In this document: positions 1 to 15,040 of the stretch, piece by piece
Layout of the letters: each line of letters starts with the position of its first letter
Numbering within the stretch: position 1 is the first letter of the stretch
NCBI GenBank assembly: GCA_951406725.2
Contig: OX597816.1
Coordinates: 30,256,001-30,320,000 of the forward strand
DNA: 64,000 bases
DNA from: Octopus vulgaris
Lineage: Eukaryota
Reading direction: 5' to 3'
Program-made: the position numbers and the translations under genes
The notes under the pieces: generated by a model
Database searches by the model: none
Seen by the model: the letters and a program-made list of their open reading frames with translations, nothing else
What the model was told of the DNA's origin: nothing

Positions 1-419
1 GGCAAGGTCTTAAATTATCGCAGCCATGTCATTGTTCCCATTCACATTATTTCCGGTGCCCTGCTTATGTTGTTTACTTTTCTATTTCGATGTGGAAGTG
101 TCTGCGTGTTACTCAGTGGATATATTTTCTTACCCGTTCATGTCTACACGGATATAAATTATGGCGATATAAAAAGATGACAGTTGAAAAGGATGTGGTA
201 GATTGTTTCTGTATACTCATTACGTAATGTGTAGACTATTGTACATAACAACTGATGTTAGCCTCTGCTTTTTTCCAACTCATTCTAGAACATTTTTGTG
301 ACGATCCGGTTTTGTTTTTAGTTCAGAACCTTCAAACCATTTTTTGGTTTTGATATTGATTTACCGTCTCTCTATCCAGAATTAATTTTTGTCAGCCCTT
401 GTGGCCAATAAAAGAATTA

Positions 420-729
<310 letters not shown>

Positions 730-730
730 T

Positions 731-1295
731 CAGGCGGCAGGCCTGGCAGAAACGTTAGCACGCCTGGCGAAATGCTTAGCCGTATTTTGTCTGCCGTTAC
801 GTCGACTTTGCCTTTCATCCTTTCGGGGTCGATAAATTAAGTACCAGTTACGCACTGTGGTCGATGTAACCGACTTAATCCGTTTGTCTGTCCTTGTTTG
901 TCCTCTCTGTGTTTAGCCCCTTGTGGGTAGTAAAGAAATAGGTATTTCGTCTGCCATTACCTTCTGAATTCAAATTCTGCCGAGGTCGACTTTGCCTTTC
1001 ATCCTTTCGGGGTCGATTAAATAGGTACCAGTTACGCACTGGGGTCGATATAATCGGCTTAATCCGTTTATCTGTCCTTGTTTGTCCTTTCTGTGTTTAG
1101 CCCCTTGTGGGTAGTAAAGAAATAGGCGTTTCGTCCGTCGCTACGTTCTGAGTTCAAATTCAGCCGAAATCGACTTTGTCTTTCATTCTTCCAGGGTCGA
1201 TAAATTAAGTACCAATTGCGTACTGTGGTCGCTCCAATCGACTGGCCCCCTCCCACAAAAATTTCGGGCCTTGTGCCTGGAGTAGAAACGATTAT
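731..1295 (+). mobile_element. SINE family A (tRNA-derived), tandem array of about 3 units
   Basis: Head AGGCGGC..CTGGCAGAAACGTTAGCACG, B-box-like GAGTTCAAATT, core GTCGACTTTGCCTTTCATCCTTTCGGGGTCGATAAATTAAGTACCAG repeated three times. Confidence 0.9.
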
Positions 1296-1606
1296 TCTTC
1301 TTATTATCTATTCATTTATTTATCTATTTATTTATCAATATATCTATTTATTTATTTGTAGTTATAAGAAGCGTTTTATATATCCATTTTCGCTTTAGAA
1401 ATTACTAATTTTCCCTGATCTCCTTTTAATATGTGTGAATGTGTGTGTGTGTGTGTGCGTACTCATACACGCGTGCACACACACACACGCACAAGTGCAT
1501 GCACACAAATATAGTGTTTTTCCGACTTACATAGTCATACGCGTGATACCTTAGGCAATTATTTTCTATAACTTCGGGTCGACCAAAGCCTTGTAAGTGC
1601 ATTTGG

Positions 1607-1717
<111 letters not shown>

Positions 1718-2020
1718 TTACAAGTACGGTATGTTCTATTATATATTTGATGCCTTATGAAGTGGTAATCAAAGACTCAGTATAATATTCAGAGACGACT
1801 TATCAGGCTCTAAGTAATTGCGTGAGAAGTTATTTGAAATGGCATTAATACCAAACAATAATAAACATTCCTGGTTGAATTTATTTTCCTCTACTTCCAT
1901 GTTGTTTTGCTTGATTAGTGTCAACATTAAATTTAACAGACATTAGAAGTTTAAATAGAAGCATATAAGCCAAATAATTATAATTTATTTCCATGATCAA
2001 TATTATTTTAATTTTTTGAC

Positions 2021-2060
2021 TCCAGACATGTTTCGGTTTTATTAGACCTTCTCAGTAAAA
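2021..2060 (-). ncRNA. Degenerate minimal hammerhead ribozyme motif
   Basis: Minus strand CTGAGAA-GGT(ctaataaa)ACC-GAAA-CATG-TC; one core substitution versus CTGANGA; similar to the motif at 62311-62350. Confidence 0.4.
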
Positions 2061-2267
2061 CATGCACTTAGTCACACCTTACCGAAATAGTGATGAGAGA
2101 ATATTGCACCGGAGAAAGCATGACAAATTAACAACTTTTCGGACGTTCCTTTTCCTTCGATGACTCTGGGGAGATTTAATTAATGTAAAATGTCTAGCTA
2201 TTTCTCTTTTAAGTTTCTACTTTTAGCGTTGCACACTGACACACACACACACACATGCATATATATA

Positions 2268-2441
2268 TACTCTTTTACTCTCTTTTACATGTTTCAGTCA
2301 CGTGACTGTGGTCATGCTGGAGCACCGCCTTTAGTCGAGCAAATCGACCCCAGGACTTATTCTTTGTAAGCCTAGTACTTATTCTATCGGTCTCTTTTGT
2401 CAAGCGATTTTGGGGGTACAAACACAGACACACAGACATAC

Positions 2442-2472
<31 letters not shown>

Positions 2473-2640
2473 CATATATACGACGGGCTTCTTTCAGTTT
2501 CCGTCTACCACATCCACTCACAAGGCTTTGGTCGGCCCGAGGCTATAGTATAAGGCACCTGCCCAAGGTGCCACGTAGTGGGAATCAACCGGGAACCATG
2601 TGGTTCGTAAGCAAGCTACTTACCACACAGCCACTCCTAT
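2268..2640 (-). mobile_element. SINE family B (tRNA head, CORE-like domain, internal TA/TG tract)
   Basis: Reverse complement of GGAGTGGCTGTGTGGTAAG...GGCACCTTGGGCA...GACTGAAACA.GTAAAAGAG, shared with more than 10 other copies. Confidence 0.9.
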
Positions 2641-3331
2641 ATATATATATATTCCTTAGTTTCACAAGCATAGGACCACCATTAATGAAATTCCAATCGT
2701 GCTTTCAAAATGGCCGACAAATATTCTGACGTCAAACCTACGACAAAGCAAAATAATTCTTTGTCGCTTTGAAACTCATATTGATTGAAGTTAAGGCGAT
2801 TATTGTTTGTGAGACAGTTGTTGAGTTTCGGTTATTTGATACTATTAGTATTTCAAAATCATATCTCTCAAGGCTACGGATTCACACGGAACATTACGTA
2901 CATTCGTGTGTGTGTGTGTGTGTGTAGCTGTGTGTATGTACGCACACACTCCCATATATGTATGGATTGCTGAACGTTCCTATTTGCTAACGAAGAAAAG
3001 TATATACTACATAGAGGGCGTCTCTTTTTGGCGTGGTTGTATGATTAAGAGTCACGGGTTCATTCCTATTGCGCTGCATTTCGGGCAAGTGTCTTCTACA
3101 ACACTTTTAGGTCGACCAATGCCTTGGGAGGAATTTTGGTAATTTTTTTTCAGTCATTAGAGAGCGGCCATGCTGGAGCACCGCCTTGAGGAATTTTAGT
3201 TGAACTAATCGAGCCCAATACTTTTTTCTTTTTTAAGTTTGGTACTTATTCTATCGACTTCTTTTTGTCGAACTGCTAGGTTACGGGGACGTAAACACAT
3301 CAACACCGACTGTCGAGTGGTGGTAAGGGGT

Positions 3332-3505
3332 AAGGCGCCGAGCTAGCAGAATCGTTAGCACGCCGGGCGAAATGCTTGGCGGTATTTCGCTTGTCGCTAC
3401 GTTCTGAGTTCAAATTCCGCCTTTCATCCTTTCGGGGTCGATAAATTAAGTACCAGTTACGCACTGGGGTCGATGTAATCGACTTAATCCGTTTGTGTCT
3501 GTCCT
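3332..3505 (+). mobile_element. SINE family A, partial
   Basis: AAGGCGCCGAGCTAGCAGAATCGTTAGCACG...GAGTTCAAATTCC...AAGTACCAGTTACGCACTGGGG. Confidence 0.85.
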
Positions 3506-4685
3506 TCTAATTGTCTGTTCAATTTTAATCTTTTGTTCAAAGTTTTACAATCGTTTCACAGAGTTTTATACTTCTCCGAGAAGCAAGAACCACATCTTTT
3601 GGAACCTTTAATATAGGAAGAGGCACATTCTATAATGAACTAAAGAATTTTACAATTGTTTATAATTTCACTCTCTTAACTTCAGATATATTTGGCATCT
3701 GAATGTACATCTATATTATGGGAGTCGTTTTTCAAAGCACTTCAGTAAACTATATATATATCTTTGACCTTCGATTCTACTTACAAAGGACATTTTAGCT
3801 CAAGGGACACAAACCGTGTAGAGGGGCGATATCAAAGTTTGAGTACACAAACATTTTCTTCTTTTAAGCTGGCCACAGAAACTGATATTTTGGTAAAGCT
3901 ATAATTCCCCTTAATGTTTTTTCGTAGAGAATCTTATGATATAAATGTTCGATAGGATATGCTTTTTTTAAGGGTTAAGAAAATCCTGGTAGTGTCGAAC
4001 CAGCCGTTTCAGTTATATATAAACGGTAAAATGTCGTCTGCGTGTGTGTCCTTTATACAAATCCACAATTTTTCAGTTAGAGGGCTAGCACTTTCTATGG
4101 TCATTCAAAACCGTCCAAGGGTAGTCATGCACATCTTTACATTTCCCCAGTCACCCTGCAAAGCCATTAAAAAATCAATAGAAGTGACTTTTTTTTGTGA
4201 ATTTTCTATCCAAACCCCAATCAAAATGCCCGAAACTTGATACGCCAATTGAATGCCAGCTAGCTGTATGTGATTGGTCGGAGATTTGGACAGTACTCGC
4301 GTGTATGTGCGCATGCACGCAGCTGTATTTGCATGCACTAGCACTTTGGCCCGGCGTTATATTATAAAATATTTAGTTTACGATGGTAACACTTGTGAAT
4401 ATCGGCTTAATTCCTTTTGTAATGTATTCTATTTGAATGTACAATTTATACGCAAACAGATGTACGTACCAATGACCCTTATAAACAATATATATATATA
4501 TATACTTATAAGTAAACAAAAGTTTGCAATTGGCAGACTGTTAATTTAGAAGCTAAAAATAACCACTAGTCAGAAAATAAACAAGACTGTAAAATCCTTA
4601 GCCTTTTATGAACCATATATAATTCTTCTGTCAAATACTAGTGCAGATTAATATATTTTGAAAAAGCGAGCAGCAGAAATATATA

Positions 4686-5102
4686 CTCTTTTACTCTTTT
4701 ACTTGTTTCAGTCATTTGACTGCGGCCATGCTGGAGCACCGCCTTTAATCGAGCAACTCGACCCCGGGACTTATTCTTTGAAATCCCAGTACTTATTCTA
4801 TCGGTCTCTTTTTGTCGAACCGCTAAGTGACGGGGACATAAACACACCAGCATCGGTTGTCAAGCAATGCTAGGGGGACAAACACAGACACACAAACATA
4901 CACACACACACATATATATATATATATACATATATCCGACAGGCTTCTTTCAGTTTCCGTCTACCAAATCCACTCACAAGGCATTGGTCGGCCCGGGGCT
5001 ATAGCACAAGACACTTGCCCAAGGTGCCACGCAGTGGGACTGAACCCGGAACCATGTGGTTGGTAAGCAATCTACTTACCACACAGCCACTCCTGCGCCT
5101 AT
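4686..5102 (-). mobile_element. SINE family B, full length
   Basis: Matches other B copies end to end; head ATAGGCGCAGGAGTGGCTGTGTGG on the minus strand. Confidence 0.92.
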
Positions 5103-5302
5103 ATTCCATTATTTTTACATTAAATCCGTTTACTACTCTGTTATGGAATAATAGTTCAACTGCATATCCAACGGCTCAATAATATGCACTTTTGAGAATT
5201 TACTCTGTTCAAAATAATAGAAGCCAGTCCGTTTGCAACCAATACAATCCTTCAGAATGTCTCAGATTCATCAGTGGGTTCGTCCCAATTAATGATCTGA
5301 AC

Positions 5303-5352
5303 ATTACTATTATTATTACTATTATTATTATTATTATCATTATTATTATTAC

Positions 5353-5433
<81 letters not shown>

Positions 5434-5441
5434 TATTATTA

Positions 5442-5485
<44 letters not shown>

Positions 5486-5549
5486 GTTATTATTATTATT
5501 ATCATTATTATTATTATTACTATTGTTGTTGTTATTATTATTATTATTA

Positions 5550-5592
<43 letters not shown>

Positions 5593-5600
5593 CATTATCA

Positions 5601-5640
<40 letters not shown>

Positions 5641-5666
5641 CATTATTATTATTATTATTATTATTA

Positions 5667-5700
<34 letters not shown>
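5303..5700. repeat. (TTA)n microsatellite, ~400 bp
   Basis: Direct reading. Confidence 0.97.
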
Positions 5701-6192
5701 GAGTGAGAGAGCAGTTCATGCCATCAAAGTGACACTGGGGTAAAATATACGAAGCCCAATATACCCATCATGACTACCCGTCTGATAAAGGTACACCAGG
5801 CACATGCATCACAACCATATGTGCGCAACATGGTGATCTCATATCAAGATAAACAGCACATGACCTTGCAGGTGGGGCCCAGTTAGAATTTTCTTCAGGT
5901 TGAGTAGCCCATCCTGCTCAAACGGTCCCTGAATAAGGGTTGCTTAAGGATGTTGAAATAACCACCCATGTTTCCAGAGGTGAACTATTCAAACCCCAAA
6001 GAATTCCTCTCAACACATGGCTATGATGCTCCCCCACTACTTCTGCTCGTGATCAGAGATGCACATATCGTCAGCCACTAAGGGACATGCTCAACTGGTT
6101 AAGGTCAAACAACTGACAAGCAAATCTGTGGTATTGAGCAAAATATTTGCTGTAGCCCATCTTTTATACCAAGACAAAACAATGTACATGAT
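5701..6192 (-). mobile_element. Repeat family C, (TAA)n-tailed non-coding retroposon or LINE 3' region
   Basis: Homologous segments at 7285-7640, 8148-8356 and 35605-35760; flanked on both sides by (TTA)n; strand inferred from the (TAA)n tail. Confidence 0.75.
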
Positions 6193-6775
<583 letters not shown>

Positions 6776-6930
6776 GCGACAGGCAGTCCCCTTGGCGGAT
6801 GCCTCTCCTGATTTCTATTGTCCCTAAACTTCTTCCGCATGCTGTCGGTTCCGTCCTCCACTTCGCCATAATTTTCCAAATAATCGCTCAATATTCATAG
6901 AATGTGAGATCATATCGTACGCCTTACGCT
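6776..6930 (-). pseudogene. Reverse transcriptase fragment of an R4/Dong-like non-LTR retrotransposon
   Basis: Minus-strand translation RKAYDMISHS...(frameshift)...MAKWRT...IEIRRGIRQGDCLS carries the RT motifs KAYD and RGI.QGD.LS. Confidence 0.7.
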
Positions 6931-7284
<354 letters not shown>

Positions 7285-7640
7285 TGAGAGAGAGAGCAGT
7301 GCAAGCCATCAAAGTGACACTGGGGTAAAATATATGAAGTCCAGTATGCCTATCATGACTACCCGTCTTATAATGGTACACATGCATCACTACTATATGT
7401 GCGCGATATGGTGATCTCATATCAAGATAAACAACGCATGACCTTGCAGGTGGGGCCCAGTTAGAATTTTCTTCGAGTTGAGTAACCCATTCCACTGAAA
7501 AATGTCCCTGAATAAGGGTTGTTTAAGGATGTTGAACGAAATAATAATGTTTCCAGAGGTGAATTATTCAAATCCGAAAGAATTCCTCTTAACATATGGC
7601 TAGGATGCTCTCTCTCACTACTTCTGCACATGATCATCTC
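7285..7640 (-). mobile_element. Repeat family C, partial
   Basis: Aligns to 5701-6060 (GCCATCAAAGTGACACTGGGGTAAAATA...). Confidence 0.8.
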
Positions 7641-7699
7641 GAAATTTAAATATGCAAGATGTGGGGTATGAAGGTAAAAACTATACCAGTAGTAAGTGG

Positions 7700-8140
7700 G
7701 GTAGAAGCTATGATAAAAAAAAACAACGTATGAACAAAAACGAAGGAACCATACCTAGACCCACAACACTACACACTATCCAAAAAGTTGCCCTACAAGG
7801 AGCACCCCCATGCTATCAATTCAGCAGCACAACCCAAATAAAATAATCCCTAAATGCGAGAGACATTCTATACAGCAAATATCGAATAAAATAAACAATC
7901 TTCACAACATGTTGTCTACAGAAGAACACAACTCACATTACACACACAATGCTAATACAACAAAAGATTCAACCCAAACCCCATAACAGATGTAATAGAA
8001 TACCGAGAAGAGTCTATACTCCCCTAATACTAACAAAAACAAAAACAAAATGCTGCACATACCTCAGCAACACGGGTGTATATTAAGGGGATGCATTTGC
8101 AATCTGCCTGAAACTATCAAATGCTGAAAAATGATAACAA
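7700..8140 (+). mobile_element. Possible decayed C-terminus and 3' UTR of an R4/Dong-like LINE
   Basis: Peptide TIPRPTTLHTIQKVALQG resembles the IP...IQK.ALLG C-terminal motif of these elements; resemblance only. Confidence 0.3.
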
Positions 8141-8147
8141 TAGTAAT

Positions 8148-8356
8148 CTGCTCAATACCACAGATTTGCTTGTCAGTTGCTTGACCGTAAACAGTTGAGC
8201 ATGTCCCTTGGTGGCTGACGTTATGTGCGTCTCTGATCACGAGCAGAAGTAGTGCTTGGTGTAACCTTATACAGACGAGTAGTCATGATAGATATACTGG
8301 GCTTCGTATATTTTATCTCAGTGTCACTTTGATGGCATGCACTTCTCTCTCACTCG
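8148..8356 (+). mobile_element. Repeat family C with internal deletion, running into (TAA)n
   Basis: Reverse complement of the two ends of 5701-6192 joined together. Confidence 0.8.
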
Positions 8357-8447
<91 letters not shown>

Positions 8448-8518
8448 CAATAATGATAATAATAATAATAAAAACAATAATGATAATGATAATAATAATA
8501 ATGATAATAATAATGATA

Positions 8519-8596
<78 letters not shown>

Positions 8597-8599
8597 TTG

Positions 8600-8656
<57 letters not shown>

Positions 8657-8677
8657 TTGATAATAATAATATTGATA

Positions 8678-8712
<35 letters not shown>

Positions 8713-8782
8713 AATAATGATAATGATAATAATAATGATAATAATAATAATATTGATAATAATAATAATAATAATAATATTG

Positions 8783-8839
<57 letters not shown>

Positions 8840-8858
8840 TTGATAATAATAATAATAA
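8357..8858. repeat. (TAA/TGA)n microsatellite, ~500 bp
   Basis: Direct reading; source of the poly-N ORF. Confidence 0.97.
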
Positions 8859-9236
8859 TGGTTTGAAATTTTGCCACAAGGGCAGCAATTTTGTGGGAGG
8901 GGATGAGTTAATTGTGTCAATCTCTCAATCCCTGTGTTTAACTGATTCGTATTTTATCGACCGCGAAAGGGTGAAAGGTAAAGTCGACCTCGGCGGAATT
9001 TGAACTGTCTGCGCCAGTAGTTGTGCTAATATTCATCGGAAGCATTTTTTATGTGGCTAAAGCCCAGCGGATCTATTTTTAGTGCTAGAGTAGACCACAT
9101 AGTGGTTGCTCTCTTATATTTATGTATAAAATGTATGAAAATCCGGGTTTTATATGCACTAAGCCACTTGGTGTTAAATAGAAGTACTATTAAATTAGTA
9201 TACAACTTTCTCACCCTCATTAGTTGATTATATATG

Positions 9237-9270
<34 letters not shown>

Positions 9271-9275
<5 letters not shown>

Positions 9276-10064
9276 CACAAATGAGGGCAAAGGAAAAGAA
9301 TTTTAATGCCAAATATGCCGAAAAATTGGACATATTGTCCATTAACCATATAATTTTTTCACAATACGCACGCTATATGGTTAATGAACAATATGTCCAA
9401 TTTTTCGGCATATTTGGCATTAAAATTCTTTTCCTTTGCCCTCATTTATGAATTGTTTATAAATTTAACCGTTAATGGTATTTTTTAATATGCTGGCCAT
9501 TGATAAAAATTTTTTCGAGAACATAATTTTTTTCGAAAAGAATTTTATCCTCATATTTGATATAAATTTAAGCGTTCACTTCACAACTAACTAACTCACT
9601 CTGTGAGAGCCTCAGTTCAAAGCGCACGTGCCTCGAATGGGCTGGAGTATTTCTATTTTGGATGTTTTTGGGGTACTTAGTTGTGCCCATGACTTAGTAT
9701 TTGCTTCTTCCATGGGTGTGAGTAAGTATCTCATTTATTTCTTTTACCACATGTATCACTGACGAAGAGAGGGCTCTTAGTAGCTAACTCTGAAATCGGT
9801 CCGATATGGTAATGGAATTTTTTAGAAATTTCTGTCGACCTTTTTTCGAGTAGCGTACGTATTGTGAAAAAATTATATGGTTAATGGACAATATGTCCAA
9901 TTTTTCGGTATATTTGGCATTAGAATTCTTTTCCTTTGCCCTCATTTATGAATTGTTCATAAATTTAACCGTTAAAGGTATTTTTTAATATGCTGGCCAT
10001 TGATAAAATTTTTTTCGAGAAAATAATTTTTTTTCGAAAAGAATTTTATCCTCACATTTGATAT
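9271..10064 (+). mobile_element. Non-autonomous Penelope-like or retrozyme-like element with pseudo-LTR layout
   Basis: Direct repeats 9374-9564 and 9874-10064; 9271-9374 is an inverted copy of 9852-9955; internal hammerhead motif; (TA)n on both sides. Confidence 0.65.
9746..9811 (+). ncRNA. Type I hammerhead ribozyme motif
   Basis: CTGACGA (9759-9765), stem II AGAG..GGCT/AGCT..CTCT, GAAA (9792-9795), TCGG, TC; stem I TACC..GTATC/GATAT-GGTA. Confidence 0.6.
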
Positions 10065-10164
10065 ATATATATATATATATTATTTTGTTTGGGGAGTCAT
10101 ATTTTAATGCCTTATTAATTAACGCACTCACCGGTTCGATTTCCGCTCATTTACTTACACTCGC

Positions 10165-10521
10165 TTTACTCTTTTACTCGTTTCAGTCATTTGACTGCGG
10201 CCATGCTGGAGCACCACCTTTTAGTACTTATTCTATCGGTCTCTTTTTGCCGAACCGCTAAGTGACGGGGACCTAAACACACCAGCATCGGTTGTCAAGC
10301 AATGCTAGGGGGACAAACACAGACACACAAACACACACACATATACATATATATACATATATACGACAGGCTTCTTTCAGTTTCCGTCTACCAAATCCAC
10401 TCACAAGGCATTGGTCGGCCCGGGGCTATAGCAGAAGACACTTGCCCAAGATGCCACGCAGTGGGACTGAACCCGCAACCATGTGGTTGGTTAGCAAGCT
10501 ACTTACCACACAGCCACTCCT
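10165..10521 (-). mobile_element. SINE family B, internal-deletion variant
   Basis: B sequence with the GCACCACC-TTTTAGTACTT deletion junction. Confidence 0.9.
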
Positions 10522-10715
10522 ATATTTTTTCTAAAATTTTCTTTGCTTGTCGCAGCCTCTTCAATAGTCGCTATCAGAGCTGCGTTCTTTTTGTTTGTTT
10601 GTTTGTTTGTTTGTGCGCATGTGTGCATCAGTGTGCATGTGTATACACATATTCATGTATGTGTGTATGTGTGTATGCAAACCGAATGCAAAAGCGAAAT
10701 ACACACATACACATA

Positions 10716-10872
10716 TGTGGCTGTGTGGTAAGTAGCTTGCTTACCAACCACATGGTTCCAGGTTCAGTCCTACTGCGTGGCACCTTGGACAAGTGTCTTC
10801 TCCTATAGCCTCAGGTTGGCAAAAAGCCTTGTGAGTGGATTTGGTAGACGGAAACTGAAAGAAGCCCGTCGC
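10716..10872 (+). mobile_element. SINE family B, 5' half
   Basis: GTGGCTGTGTGGTAAGTAGC...GGAAACTGAAAGAAGCCCGTCG. Confidence 0.88.
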
Positions 10873-10889
10873 ATATATATATATATTAC

Positions 10890-11300
<411 letters not shown>

Positions 11301-11870
11301 TATGTATGCATGTATTCATACATGCACTTTGCACTCCCAGAGAGAGAAAGAGAGAGAGAGAGAAACAAGGGGGTAAAGAACTTCTTAGCAAAAGATTCTT
11401 TAGCATATGGTGAACATTTTGTATGAACAAATGTTTATTTATCGTAGGGACAAGTGTGGTGGATTAAGTCAATTACTAGAATATTCCTTATCATAAGCTT
11501 CCGTCAGTGGGCAATCAAACCTAATAAGTTAAGACTTCATGACACATATTAGTTGCGACTTTCAGAGAGCTCTCACATTGCTCTTAATTGCTTAGAGTCA
11601 GTCAATGAAGTAGCAAGATTTTAGAGACCAGATTGGGCAGTTTATTAAACAATGCAGCAAGCAATATTTAAAATATAATGCTATACGTTGTTAGAAGGAT
11701 ACTGATTTTTGCAAATTCAAATAGACATCCATTAAAATATTTACATGCATGCATACATACATACATACATACATACATACATACATACATACATACATAC
11801 ATACATACATGCAAGCATGCAAAAATACCCTGTTATTGATGTCGAAATTCCAATGAAGGACTTTCTACTA

Positions 11871-11992
11871 CGAAGGGTGTATGAAAAGTCTTGAGCCTTC
11901 AAGACCTTAGAACCTTGAAGTCTTGTACCTTCATCAGAAGTCTTGTTCTCTTTTTTTTCTTTTGAGATTCAAGACTTTTCATACACCCCTCG
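11871..11992. mobile_element. Tc1/mariner-type MITE, 122 bp
   Basis: TIRs CGAAGGGTGTATGAAAAGTCTTGA / TCAAGACTTTTCATACACCCCTCG (1 mismatch) with TA on both sides. Confidence 0.8.
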
Positions 11993-12145
11993 TATATATA
12001 TATACATATATATATATAAGTTCAGCAAAATTCAGATTCAAATGAATATGGTACTTAAGCTTGATGTACCAGAATTTTATAAGGGGTTATCCATATAAAT
12101 CCATGGGGTGAAAATAAGTATATGTATTGATGGGAAACCTCTATA

Positions 12146-12233
12146 AATGGCTGATGATTGCTCAACATTTTAAAACTGTTGTAATACTTACAATGTTTAA
12201 TAAAATGATGTAGCGTGAAACGATCGTACCAAA
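12146..12233 (+). ncRNA. Type I hammerhead ribozyme motif with long stem II
   Basis: TGG-CTGATGA-[59-nt hairpin]-GAAA-CGATCG-TA-CCA; palindromic stem III ACGATCGT; stem I TGG/CCA. Confidence 0.6.
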
Positions 12234-12648
12234 TTACCGAAGGTATTCTTGTTGCTTATTTTGAGTATATACATATATATATATATATACATGCCATTCT
12301 TGCTTCGGTGTGTACCCTACAAATGTATGTAATGGATTACTACAAGGCAAAGTCGACCTCGGCAGAATTTGAACTCAGAATGTAAAGACAGACGAAATAC
12401 CGCAAAGCACGTCACCCGGCGTGCTAACGTTTCTACCAGTTCGCCGTCTTGGTTAAATAATAATATTGTCGAAAGAGCCCTGACAAATAGACTTATAATA
12501 ATAATAAAGCTAAAGTGAAGATCAAATATATAGTGTGTGTGTTTCATTGGTTAAAGATGACCATCCCCAAATACAACTATACATACATATATGCACAGTT
12601 TCGGTTTGCCAAATTCATCTAAAAGGCTTTGGGGAATCCAGCGTTATA

Positions 12649-13490
12649 TATTTCTTTATTGCCCACAAAGGGGCTAAACATAGAGGGGACAAACAAGGAC
12701 AGACAAAGGGATTAAGTCGATTACATCAACCCCAGTGCGTAACTTGTACTTTATTTATCGACCCCGAAAGGATGAAAGGCAAAGTTGACCTCGGCGGAAT
12801 TTGAACTCAGAACGTAGTTGCAGACGAAATACCTATTTCTTTACTACCACAAGGGGCTAAACACAGAGGGGACAAACAAGGACAGACAAACGGATTAAGT
12901 CGATTATATCGACTCCAGTGCATAACTGGTACTTAATTTATCGACCCCGAAAGGATGAAAGGCAAAGTCGACCTCGGCGGAATTTGAACTCAGAACGTAG
13001 TGGCAGACGAAATCCTGCTAAGCATTTCGCCCGGCGCGCTAACGTTTCTGCCAGCTCGCTGCAGATCCAGCGTTATAGCAGAAAATAGTTGCCCAATGTT
13101 CCACGCATCGGAACAGAATTTAAACCATGCGATTGGGAAGCGATCTTCAACTCAACTCAACTCAACTTATTCTGTCTCTTTCTCCTTCTCGCTCTCTCTC
13201 TCTCTACCCTCCCCCTCCTCCCTTCTCTCTGCTTCACTAATACTTACACTGAATACCTATTTCTTTACTACCCACAAGGAGCTAAACACAGAAGGGACAA
13301 ACAAGGACAGACACAAACGGATTAAGTCGATTACATCGACCCCAGTGCGTAACTGGTACTTATTTAATCGATCCCGAAAGGATGAAAGGCAAAGTCGACC
13401 TCGGCGGAATTTGAACTCAGAACGTAGTGGCAGACGAAATACTGCTGAGCATTTCGCCCGGCGTGCTAACGTTTCTGCCAGCTCGCCGCC
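12649..13490 (-). mobile_element. SINE family A array inserted in an old B copy, with local tandem duplication
   Basis: Three A units; ATCCAGCGTTATA occurs at ~12637, ~13065 and ~13495 (TSD plus duplication). Confidence 0.85.
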
Positions 13491-14275
13491 GCAGATCCAG
13501 CGTTATAGCAGAAAATAGTTGCCCAACGTTCCACGCATCGAAACTGAATTTAAACCATGCGATTGGGAAAGCGATCTTCAACTCAGCTCAACTTATTCTG
13601 TCTCTTTCTCCTCTCTCTCTCTCTCTCCCTCCCTATTCCCCTCTCCCCTTCTCTCTGTTTCACTAATACTTACACTGAATACCCTGCTCTCTCATCCTCA
13701 CCCTTCACTACAGGAATCTACCCTCGCTCATTGTACAAGACTCCTCTCTCAACCACGCTCTCTTTCACAGCACCATAGTTCAGTACACTCTACTGTATTC
13801 CACAGCACACGCACTCTACACTGCAACAATCCACACCAATACAACACACTACCGGCACCATCACTTCATCCTACCTCGGTTGCTTTACTCAAAGACTAAT
13901 TCCCGACTCTCTACATCAGTTATTTTATCGTTTCATCAACTTACTGCTTTACCGCTCTGCTATAATCCTTCCTCCATCTCTATCTGTCTGTCTCTCTCTC
14001 TATCTCTCTCTCTCTTTCTCCCACTTTTATATCTCTCTAACCCTCGCTCTGTGTGCCACTGTTCTTATTCACATCTACTCTCTCATTTACTTTCATGGGA
14101 AAGTGAACATTACCAAATATTTGATACACCCTCTCAGCCACCCTTACATCTAGTACCATTGACACAGGAATTGAGCAGACAATCTGTGGTGGTAAAACGA
14201 TAGTTGCTTTCTCTACGATAGTTGCCTTACTTTCCTTCACCGTCACAGTATAGGAATGTGTGTGTGTGCATGTCA

Positions 14276-14306
<31 letters not shown>

Positions 14307-14410
14307 AATGAGAGGGAGATATTTAGTGAGTAAATGTGTGCAAGTTGAAGGTGAATGGGAAGGGGATGTCTTTCGGTGTGCGTTTGTAAACTTAAAGATT
14401 TCATGCATGC

Positions 14411-15040
<630 letters not shown>

